A stretch of DNA of 60,159 nucleotides, filler included. It is 6 parts of 6 records of this genome, joined end to end, with 100 filler letters (N's around TTAATTAATTAA, not from the genome) between each part and the next. Parts side by side here need not be neighbours in the genome. Positions count along the whole stretch, not along the records: positions 44,436 to 51,943 come from SRR31156797_36791; positions 52,044 to 60,159 come from SRR31156797_36802; 4 more parts are not named here. One strand, given 5' to 3'. The position numbers were made by a program, and so were the translations under genes. Below, one piece after another: positions 50,860 through 60,159 of the stretch. Every line of letters starts with the position of its first letter. Positions within the stretch are counted from its first letter, which is position 1. Below the pieces are notes generated by a model, which was given only the letters and a program-made list of their open reading frames with translations, was not told the origin of the DNA and searched no databases.

Positions 50860-51943
50860 CCGATCCTGAAGTTGCCATCTTCATGCTTGGGATTTTCGTT
50901 CTCGTCATTCTTCTCGGCTTTCCCATCGCGTTCACGCTCGTCGCCATGGGTTTCGGTTTCGGCTACTACGCCTATGCCCGGCCGAACCAATTGGAGCACA
51001 TATTCAACAACCGAATATTCGACCTGATGGTCAATCAGACCTATTCGGTCATGATCAACGACGTGCTGGTGGCGGTGCCCCTGTTCCTATTCATGGGATA
51101 CGTGGTCGAACGAGCGAATATCGTCGACCGATTATTTTACAGCATCAACATCGCGGCGCGGCGTGTGCCCGCGTCCATGGCGGTGGCGGCGCTATTGACC
51201 TGCGCCATCTTCGCCACCGCGTCGGGAATCATCGGTGCGGTCGTGACGCTGATGGGCCTGCTGGCCTTCCCGGCCCTGCTCAAGGCCGGGTACGACGAAC
51301 GTTTCTCGGCCGGCGTCATCTGCGCCGGCGGCACGCTGGGTATCCTGATTCCGCCATCGATCATGCTGATCGTCTATGGGGCGACGGCGGCGGTATCGGT
51401 GGTTCAGCTCTATGCCGGGGCCATGCTTCCCGGCGCCATGCTGGCCGGTCTTTACATCCTTTATGTAATGGGCCGCGCGGTGATCAATCCGAAGCTGGCG
51501 CCGAAGCCGCCCAAGGAAGAAACGGAAATGCCCTTCCAGCGGCTCATGTGGATGCTGCTGACGTCGTTTGTGCCGCTGGCCTGCCTGATCATGGCCGTCC
51601 TCGGCGCCATCCTGTTCGGTTTGGCGACACCGACCGAGGCGGCGGCGATGGGAGCATCCGGCAGCCTGCTGCTGTCCATCCTGTACCGGGCATTCAATTG
51701 GAAAATGCTCAAGGAATCGGTCTATCTGACCATGCGGACGTCGGCCATGGTGTGCTGGCTGTTCGTGGGTTCGTGGACCTTCTCGTCGGTGTTCTCCTAT
51801 CTCGGCGGCCATGACATCATCCAGGAATTCGTGCTCGGCCTGAATCTGTCGCCGGTCATGTTCCTGATTCTGGCGCAGATCATCATCTTCCTGCTTGGCT
51901 GGCCGCTGGAGTGGAGCGAGATCATCATCATCTTCGTTCCCAT
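50856..51943 (+). CDS. dctM: TRAP large permease, 3' truncated
   Basis: AVPLFLFMG, GGTLGILIPPS, ATPTEAAA; ATGA overlap with dctQ. Confidence 0.94.
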
Positions 51944-52043
51944 NNNNNNNNNNNNNNNNNNNNNNNNNNNNNNNNNNNNNNNNNNNNTTAATTAATTAAN
52001 NNNNNNNNNNNNNNNNNNNNNNNNNNNNNNNNNNNNNNNNNNN
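51944..52043. other. Artificial contig linker
   Basis: 44 N + TTAATTAATTAA + 44 N. Confidence 0.99.
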
Positions 52044-52969
52044 AGGTGCCTGTACTTCGGAATGTATTTTTCCATCTCACTGGCAATAGCTGTAATCTCG
52101 TTGATGTCCATACCTGAGTCACGGTTGGTCCCTAACAATGACATAATAATAGGCTCTACTGCAGCATGAGACGTACGATAAGCGTAAGGGCCAATACAGG
52201 TATCAACGATGTCAACACCGGCTTCAATAGCTTTAAAGATGGCTAAATCACCCATGCCGGAAGTAAAGTGAGTATGCAGGTTAATCGGTGTATCGGTAAT
52301 TTTCTTGATTTCGCGAACCAGGTTGTAAATATCGTAAGGTGCAATCAAGCCAGCCATATCTTTGATACAGATTGAATCAACACCAAACTCAACCAAATCT
52401 TTTACTTTGCTTAGGTAATATTCCATGTTGTAAACATCTCCACCCAAACGAGGCTGATTTAGCGTGTAACAAACAACACCCTGGAAATGCTTGTCATTAT
52501 CCTTAATTACCTGAGCAGCGGTTTCAAAGTTACGGTAATCATTCAATGCGTCGAAACAACGGAAAATATCCATTCCGTTATCAATGGCGCGCTGAACAAA
52601 TGCTTTTACAACATCATCAGCATAATTTCTATAGCCTACCACATTTTGCCCGCGTAGCAGCATTGAAAATGGAGTTTTAGGCATGTGTTTTTTTAGCGTA
52701 CGTAAACGCTCCCATGGATCTTCAGCAAGGAAACGGTGCATGGTGTCAAACGTAGCACCACCCCAGGTTTCAACAGCATTGTACCCGGCATTGTCAATCA
52801 TCTCTGCCACCGGTAACATATCTTCTGTACGGCCACGAGTAGCAAACAAAGACTGGTGTCCGTCACGTAAACTTACGTCGTTAATTTTTATTGGATTGGC
52901 TGCTTTTGAACGATCAGTACCAAACTCTAGTGGAGTCATCTCAAGTACTCCGTGTTTATCGTAATTCAT
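52044..52969 (-). CDS. Pyruvate/oxaloacetate carboxyltransferase (PycB/OadA/transcarboxylase 5S-like), 3' truncated
   Basis: LRDGHQSL, WGGATFD, EDPWERL, MLLRGQN, IKDMAG, LHTHFTSG. Confidence 0.93.
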
Positions 52970-53005
52970 CTTTTTTTCTTTTTCTGTTTTTTAATTGGGT
53001 AAAAA

Positions 53006-53194
53006 TTATGCACCTGTTCTAAGCAATCGTCCTCGACGTTGCACTTTTGTACGGTTGTCCATCATTATCCCCTTGCCCGAGCTTACCCAGGCATTGTAAC
53101 TCGTCACATCCATATTATTATTCGCTGCCTCCTGTTCCAGGTAGTATGCAACTGCAATCATAGCAGCTCTTCTTTTTTTCTCTGTGGCTGTCAT
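53006..53194 (-). CDS. Small protein, possible carboxylase accessory (epsilon-like) subunit
   Basis: 62 aa filling the gap between two carboxyltransferase genes; AAMIAVAYYL...NAWVSSGK. Confidence 0.65.
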   Translation of the reverse strand: MTATEKKRRAAMIAVAYYLEQEAANNNMDVTSYNAWVSSGKGIMMDNRTKVQRRGRLLRTGA

Positions 53195-53207
53195 AATCAA
53201 TTGTTTT

Positions 53208-54764
53208 TTACAATGGTATATTTCCGTGTTTTTTAGGAGGAAGTACTTCTGTTTTAGTCGACAACACTTCCAGTGCATCAATTAAACGCAACCTGGTTTC
53301 GCTGGGTAGAATAACATCATCGATGTATCCACGTTTAGCGGCCAGATAAGGTACGTTAAAGGCGTCTTCGTACTCCTTGATTTTTTCTTCAGTCATTGCA
53401 GCCTTGTCTTCGGCTTCAGCAATTTGTTTACGGTAAGTTGAAATTACCTCAACTGCACCTTTTGCACCCATAACTGCAATTTCGGCTGATGGCCATGCAA
53501 ATACCATGTCGGCACCTAATGGTTTCGAACACATTGCCAAATAAGCTCCCCCGTAGTCTTTACGAGTAACCACTGTAAATTTAGGAACTGTAGCTTCAGC
53601 GTATGCCCAAAGCAGTTTCGCTCCATGACGAATAATACCGTCCCATTCTTGCTGTAACCCTGGTAAATACCCGGGTACATCAACAAATGTGATCATTGGG
53701 ATATTGTAAGCGTCGCAGGTACGTACAAAACGTGAAATTTTATCTGAAGCATCAATATCAAGACATCCTGCCTGAATCATTGGCTGGTTGGCAATAATAC
53801 CTACCGATCGGTTGTTTAAGTGACCAAAACCTATAATGGCATTTTCGGCATAATGCTCGTGTACTTGCATGAATTCGCCGTTATCCAGAACAGATTCGAT
53901 GATGCTAACCATATCGTATGGCACTTTCGAATCATCAGGGATTATGGTTTCCAGCTCCGTACAAATACGTGTTGGATCATCACCCATTGGGATCTGAGGT
54001 GCTTCTTCAAGGTTATTATTGGGAAGAAACTCCAGAAGCTCCTTAATGGCTTCAATAGTATCTTCATCGCTTTCACAAGCAAAGTGGGCATTCCCACTTT
54101 TTGTATTGTGTACCATGGCTCCTCCGAGCTCTTCGAAAGTTGTTTCTTCGCCGGTAACCGTTTTAATTACATAGGGACTGGTAATGAACATGTGACTTTG
54201 TTTTTTTACCATAAATACAAAGTCAGTCATAGCTGGTGAATAAACAGCACCGCCAGCACATGGTCCCATGATGGCCGATATTTGTGGTATTACGCCTGAA
54301 GCACGTGAATTACGCATAAATATCTCTCCGTAGCCTTTTAAAGCATCTACTCCTTCTTCAACGCGGGCACCCCCCGAATCGTTTAATCCAACCACAGGTG
54401 CACCTGCTTTTACCGCCAAATCCATAATCTTACAGATTTTTGCAGCATGCATTTCGCCAAGTGAACCACCTCTCGATGTGAAATCCTGGGAATAAGCAAA
54501 AACAGGTCGGTTATTAACCAGACCATGTCCAACAATGACACCGTCAGAAGCTATTTCAACTTCATTTAATCCGAAGTTTACCGAGCGATGTTCAACAAAC
54601 ATGTCCACCTCTCTAAAGCTTCCTTCGTCAAAAAGTAATTCCAAGCGTTCACGTGCGGAAAGTTTTCCCTTTTCATGTTGTTTTGCCACACGTTTTTCAC
54701 CACCCATTTTCAGCACGTCTTCGCGCTTTTTTTTAAGCAACTCTATTTTTTCCGATACTTTCAT
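53208..54764 (-). CDS. Acyl-CoA carboxyltransferase (PccB/MmdA/12S-like)
   Basis: GGSLGE, DSGGARVEEG, GPCAGGAVYSPA, VDVPGYLPG, YGGAY, KKHGNIPL. Confidence 0.96.
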   Translation of the reverse strand: MKVSEKIELLKKKREDVLKMGGEKRVAKQHEKGKLSARERLELLFDEGSFREVDMFVEHRSVNFGLNEVEIASDGVIVGHGLVNNRPVFAYSQDFTSRGGSLGEMHAAKICKIMDLAVKAGAPVVGLNDSGGARVEEGVDALKGYGEIFMRNSRASGVIPQISAIMGPCAGGAVYSPAMTDFVFMVKKQSHMFITSPYVIKTVTGEETTFEELGGAMVHNTKSGNAHFACESDEDTIEAIKELLEFLPNNNLEEAPQIPMGDDPTRICTELETIIPDDSKVPYDMVSIIESVLDNGEFMQVHEHYAENAIIGFGHLNNRSVGIIANQPMIQAGCLDIDASDKISRFVRTCDAYNIPMITFVDVPGYLPGLQQEWDGIIRHGAKLLWAYAEATVPKFTVVTRKDYGGAYLAMCSKPLGADMVFAWPSAEIAVMGAKGAVEVISTYRKQIAEAEDKAAMTEEKIKEYEDAFNVPYLAAKRGYIDDVILPSETRLRLIDALEVLSTKTEVLPPKKHGNIPL

Positions 54765-54808
54765 TTTATCAAGTACTGTTCGAATACACTAATAAGTTAA
54801 TTGTGATG

Positions 54809-54816
54809 CAAAATTA
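54809..54816 (-). promoter_or_regulatory. Bacteroidota -7 promoter element
   Basis: TAATTTTG (TAnnTTTG) 44 nt upstream of the start. Confidence 0.65.
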
Positions 54817-55327
54817 CTGCCTAAAAAAAATAAACTACATGATATAATGTTAAAATGACGTTAAATAGCGAAAAAATTCTTTATATAGAAAAATTCTTAA
54901 AAATAATTAGACCTGTATTTTGATGTTCTGGATGACGTAAGTATTGGGCAGACAGGTTGTTAGGGTTTGCTTTTGTTGGTGTTGTTAAGGTGGGAGGTCG
55001 TGCTTTAATACAGAATTAATTCTATATTAAATTTTTTATTGTAGGTTGTATTGGCGTTTATTGTGTTGGTAGTTAGTCTTTTATGTTGGTTTTTAAGTGT
55101 TTTAGGTTGAAGCGGTTGCAAATATCTTTTATTTGGCGATGCTGTGTTGCAGATTGTAATTTATTTGATCGGTTTTGTTTTAAATTAAAACCTTGCAGGT
55201 TGAGGAGTAGTAGTGCAAAGGCAGAAAAATAATTGAGAATATTAAGAGCCTTAAGTCTAAATCATATTAACTGTCTGTTGTTTTTCCTTTATCGAATTTT
55301 AGTCAGCTATTAAATTTGAACCTACAG

Positions 55328-55519
55328 CTAAATAATGTCCTTGATTCGCCCAACTTCGCCTGTTGTTAATCTTACTTTTATTCCGTGCGGGTGAACGGTT
55401 GATTTGGTCAGAATATTTTGTACAAACCCTTGAGTTAGCTCACCACTTTGCTGGTGATGTTTTTGAACAATTTTTACTTCTATTCCCGGTTTAACGTTTT
55501 TTCGTTGTTGTCCTTCCAT
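55328..55519 (-). CDS. YwbE family protein
   Basis: LTQGFVQNILTKSTVHPHGIKVRLTTGEVGRI. Confidence 0.9.
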   Translation of the reverse strand: MEGQQRKNVKPGIEVKIVQKHHQQSGELTQGFVQNILTKSTVHPHGIKVRLTTGEVGRIKDII

Positions 55520-55606
55520 ATTGTAATTTTTTTATAATCATTTTAACTTTTGTTCCTGAATGGCTTCATTCAAGACGCATTTGCTGAGTATTGGTTTGAA
55601 TTTGTT

Positions 55607-57226
<1,620 letters not shown>

Positions 57227-57269
57227 CTAATCTTATTTTACCATTTTCCCCTTTTTCTGAAAGGGAGTG

Positions 57270-57277
57270 CAAACGTA
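57270..57277 (-). promoter_or_regulatory. Bacteroidota -7 promoter element
   Basis: TACGTTTG upstream of the ABC-F gene. Confidence 0.65.
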
Positions 57278-57439
57278 GACAATTAATTGATTTTGGATGT
57301 TAAGGCAACAAAAAGGAATAGTGGAGTTAGTTTTAAATTAATATGTATTGTCAGTTTTGTGGAGTTGCAATAAAAAAATTGATTTGTTGATTGTTCGGTT
57401 GGCAGTAATCAGGAGTATAGCTTCATATTGCATTCATCT

Positions 57440-57472
57440 CCATCAATCTCACTTTAAAGGTGAGATTGATGG
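57440..57472 (-). terminator. Hairpin downstream of arsN2
   Basis: CCATCAATCTCAC-N7-GTGAGATTGATGG, perfect 13-bp arms, 23 nt after the stop. Confidence 0.7.
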
Positions 57473-57495
57473 TTAATTCCAGGGTAGAATTGGAA

Positions 57496-57927
57496 CTAAA
57501 TCTTTTTTTTCATACAAGTTGCCGAAGCAGTACATATAAATTTAAATTCGGTGCCGTTTAGTATGGAAACAGGACATTGACTTCGGGCAATTTTGTGGTA
57601 AGCCAAGTGTGTAAAAAAGGATTTGGCTGTGGTGGTCAATAGATACAATTGGTTTATTCCTTCTTTTTTAGCAGATTCCTCCAGAAAGGCTGTTAATTTA
57701 GTTCCAAGCCTTTTTTGCCGATATTTAGCTTTTACAGCCCGCGAGCGAAGTATCGCATCCTTATCGTATATTTCTAGCGCTCCAACTCCAATTATTTCTC
57801 CTTTTTCTTTAATTCCATAAAATTTTATAAAAGCATGATCGATATCTTCAACCGGAAGATCAGATTCGAGCAATAAGTCCCTGATCAAATCTTTATCGGA
57901 AGATTGTAAGGTTTCTATTTTTATCAT
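57496..57927 (-). CDS. arsN2: ArsN2-family GNAT acetyltransferase
   Basis: LLESDLPVEDI, ILRSxAV, LYLLTTTA, C-terminal FxxxCxxSAxCM; follows arsM. Confidence 0.82.
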   Translation of the reverse strand: MIKIETLQSSDKDLIRDLLLESDLPVEDIDHAFIKFYGIKEKGEIIGVGALEIYDKDAILRSRAVKAKYRQKRLGTKLTAFLEESAKKEGINQLYLLTTTAKSFFTHLAYHKIARSQCPVSILNGTEFKFICTASATCMKKKI

Positions 57928-57953
57928 TAAGAGAATTAAGTTTGTTTTATTAG

Positions 57954-58739
57954 CTATTCTGGTTTTATGGCTTCAATGGTTGCCGAGATTACATAGTCGG
58001 AAACAGTTTTACTTACATCCCAACTGTCAATAATTTCTTTGCTTCCTTTCTTTGGTTTAATAAGGATTTGTTCAAATCCGGCATGTTTAAGCTGTTGATT
58101 TATCTTATCTATGGTAGAAGCACCCGAAACACAGCCCGCATACATTGAAAGATCCTTTTTAATGGTCTCGGGAAGTTCTCCGGTTGCAACAACATCGGAA
58201 ATAGCTAGTCTTCCACCAGGTTTTAGAACGCGGTACGATTCATTAAAAACTTTTTGTTTCTCTGGTGAAAGGTTAATTACACAGTTCGAGATGATTACAT
58301 CAATGGTATTGTCAGCAACTGGTAAGTGTTCAATCTCTCCAAGTCTGAATTCAACCTGTTTAATACCTGCTTTTATTGCATTTTCTCTGGCTCGGTCTAT
58401 CATCTCCGGTGTCATGTCAACACCTATAACTTTACCATTCTCGTCCACCTGTTTAGCAGCCAGAAAAGCATCAAAACCACCTCCGCTACCCAGGTCTAAA
58501 ACGGTTTCTCCTTTTTTTATTGCTGCTATAGCCTGAGGATTACCGCAACCTAATCCCAAGTTGAAGCCTTCAGGAACCTGGTTAACGTCATCTTCGGTAT
58601 AGCCCAGTGCTACAGATACAGCATTGTAATCGGCTTTTCCGGTACAACAGTTTGGTGCACAGTAGTCTGCACCATCTGTTTTAACAATCTGGCTGTACTT
58701 CTCTCTTACATAATTTCTGATTGAATTTTCGTCTTTCAT
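57954..58739 (-). CDS. arsM: Arsenite S-adenosylmethionine methyltransferase
   Basis: NCC, LGLGCGNP, LDLGSGGGFD, GVDMT, ISNCVINL, AGCVSGA, SATIEAIKP. Confidence 0.95.
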   Translation of the reverse strand: MKDENSIRNYVREKYSQIVKTDGADYCAPNCCTGKADYNAVSVALGYTEDDVNQVPEGFNLGLGCGNPQAIAAIKKGETVLDLGSGGGFDAFLAAKQVDENGKVIGVDMTPEMIDRARENAIKAGIKQVEFRLGEIEHLPVADNTIDVIISNCVINLSPEKQKVFNESYRVLKPGGRLAISDVVATGELPETIKKDLSMYAGCVSGASTIDKINQQLKHAGFEQILIKPKKGSKEIIDSWDVSKTVSDYVISATIEAIKPE

Positions 58740-58771
58740 TTTGTCTCATTTTAGTTATTTGCCACCCTGTA

Positions 58772-58797
58772 GACGGCAGTTGTTTAAAACGGACACA
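58772..58797 (-). promoter_or_regulatory. Putative ECF (SigZ) promoter of arsM
   Basis: TGTGTCC-N14-CCGTC, with the same boxes and spacing as the motif upstream of sigZ. Confidence 0.8.
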
Positions 58798-58800
58798 GAT

Positions 58801-59352
58801 TTAGTCGCAATTCTTACACTGAGAGTTGTTCTTGTGGTAATCAATTACATTGCCATAAGCATCAACATGAAAGGTACAGCAGTCGGTTAAATCTTTTTTT
58901 AAAGCTTTTCTCCCTCTGGTAATTCTTGCCCGGGCATTGGTATAGCTGATGCCAAGCTTATTGGCAACTTCTTTTATCGGCAAGCCTTGCAACTCCGACA
59001 AGATCAATGCTTGTTTATAATTTTCAGGAAGCGCATGTATATAAAGGCCAATCCAGCTTTCAACCTCCTGCATGGCATTAACCGTTAATTCACTTTCTTC
59101 TTCTTTTTCAAGTAACGGTTTATTCTCTTTTGCTTTTAAACGGTAAAAATCGGATATGGTATTCCGGGTAATCTGGAATAACCAACTTTTAAGTTTTTCC
59201 TGGTTTTTAAGCCTGTTGATTCTGGAAAGGATTTTTAGAAATACTTCCTGTAAAATATCATCTGCATCATTTTCATCAGTAACACGTTTTCGGATAAAAT
59301 TCAGTAACATGTCATGATGCTCCTTCCAGATTTGATTTACTTGTGCACTCAT
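58801..59352 (-). CDS. sigZ: ECF sigma factor, SigZ-like, with a Cys-rich C-terminal extension
   Basis: ADDILQEVF, KSWLFQITRNTISDFYR, LPENYKQAL, tail DCCTFHVDAYGNVIDY...CKNCD. Confidence 0.88.
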   Translation of the reverse strand: MSAQVNQIWKEHHDMLLNFIRKRVTDENDADDILQEVFLKILSRINRLKNQEKLKSWLFQITRNTISDFYRLKAKENKPLLEKEEESELTVNAMQEVESWIGLYIHALPENYKQALILSELQGLPIKEVANKLGISYTNARARITRGRKALKKDLTDCCTFHVDAYGNVIDYHKNNSQCKNCD

Positions 59353-59398
59353 TTTATTCCATCAATACATTAGTATAATATGCAACTCTTTTACTAAT

Positions 59399-59424
59399 GA
59401 CGGAAAATAATTGCTTTGGACACA
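59399..59424 (-). promoter_or_regulatory. Putative autoregulatory ECF promoter of sigZ
   Basis: TGTGTCC-N14-CCGTC, 46 nt upstream of the sigZ ATG. Confidence 0.8.
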
Positions 59425-59489
59425 ATTTTAGGCCTAATTTTTAGCTATCCGCCTAAAAAAATAAGTAATGCTGAAAAAACAACCAGGAA

Positions 59490-60158
59490 TTAAGAATACA
59501 AATAGCGCTTAATTTTCTGAGTAGCAGTTTTTTGGAAAGGTGATGGTTGATCAACCACCAACTGAACACGTGAGAATTTGTTTACACGTTCGTTAATGTA
59601 TTGTTGAAGTTCCACTGTTAACTCCTCAATGGTCTCATCAACACGTTGCGAAAGTATTTCAACTTTTTCATCAATTTTTGAACTAACTCCTTCACGCATT
59701 TCCCTTATTCGTTGCTCCAGTTCTTCACGATTAAAGTGTACCATGGCTACCAGTTTCCCTTTTTTCTGAATTACAATAGACTCAACTACATGGCGGAAGT
59801 TGTTGATGATAGATTCAATTTCTTCAGGGTATATATTTTCTCCGTTGGCACCAACAATCATATTTTTTAACCGTCCTTTGTGACTTAACCAGCCATTTTT
59901 GTCGAATACTCCCAAATCTCCGGTTTTAAACCAACCGTCGTTTGTTAGTACCTTTTGTGTTTCTTTTTCGTTTTTGTAATACCCCAGCATTACGTTCGAA
60001 CCTTTTGCCCAAATCTCACCTTCGCCTGTAACCGGGTTCGGATCGTTAATTTTAAGTTCGCAGTTGATTACTTTTGGGCCAATGGCTTGTAGTTTTGTTT
60101 GTGTAGGATTCGATCCGGCAAGTAGAGGTGCTGTTTCTGTTAATCCATAACCAATGGC
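59490..60158 (-). CDS. Long-chain fatty acid--CoA ligase, 5' truncated
   Basis: GYGLTETAP, MLGYYK, WFKTGDLG, GRLKN, GENIYPEEIE, KTATQKIKR. Confidence 0.93.
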   Translation of the reverse strand, partial: AIGYGLTETAPLLAGSNPTQTKLQAIGPKVINCELKINDPNPVTGEGEIWAKGSNVMLGYYKNEKETQKVLTNDGWFKTGDLGVFDKNGWLSHKGRLKNMIVGANGENIYPEEIESIINNFRHVVESIVIQKKGKLVAMVHFNREELEQRIREMREGVSSKIDEKVEILSQRVDETIEELTVELQQYINERVNKFSRVQLVVDQPSPFQKTATQKIKRYLYS

Positions 60159-60159
60159 A

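Overview
This window is not one locus. It is six unrelated contigs joined by identical 100-nt artificial linkers (44 N + TTAATTAATTAA + 44 N). (1) 1-21206: high-GC alphaproteobacterial chromosome (probably Rhodospirillales-like) with a partial S24/RogA-like repressor, a class IV aminotransferase, class I lysS, ubiD, a GAF/HD-GYP protein, ubiA, rsmE, gshA, tldD, a SAM-II riboswitch with metZ, pmbA and a dagK/plcP/GT4 lipid-remodelling trio. It ends in an unexplained 3-gene operon whose 887-aa protein joins a lipase domain to a phage-like 'VICTEL' C-terminal domain. (2) 21307-28203: probably deltaproteobacterial, with a Tat-exported alkylsulfatase, GntR, an orphan SbcD-like nuclease and sigma54-driven amtB-glnK. 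(3) 28304-34032: Bacteroidota xylan-utilisation genes (GH115, GH11, GH2). (4) 34133-44335: pseudaminic acid cluster with amidino-, methyl- and formyl-tailoring enzymes. (5) 44436-51943: alphaproteobacterial Lrp, stand-alone E1-like enzyme, 2-hydroxyacid dehydrogenase and TRAP transporter. (6) 52044-60159: Bacteroidota carboxyltransferase genes, an ABC-F protein and a sigZ-arsM-arsN2 cassette. The two best candidates for undescribed biology are (a) an ArsR-less arsenic-methylation cassette apparently driven by a Cys-tailed ECF sigma factor, with the same TGTGTCC-N14-CCGTC motif before both sigZ and arsM, and (b) the lipase-'VICTEL' operon with a RogA-type operator over a near-consensus promoter. 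All taxonomic and family calls come from motif recognition only; no searches were run. I saw no tRNA, rRNA, CRISPR array or intact transposase.
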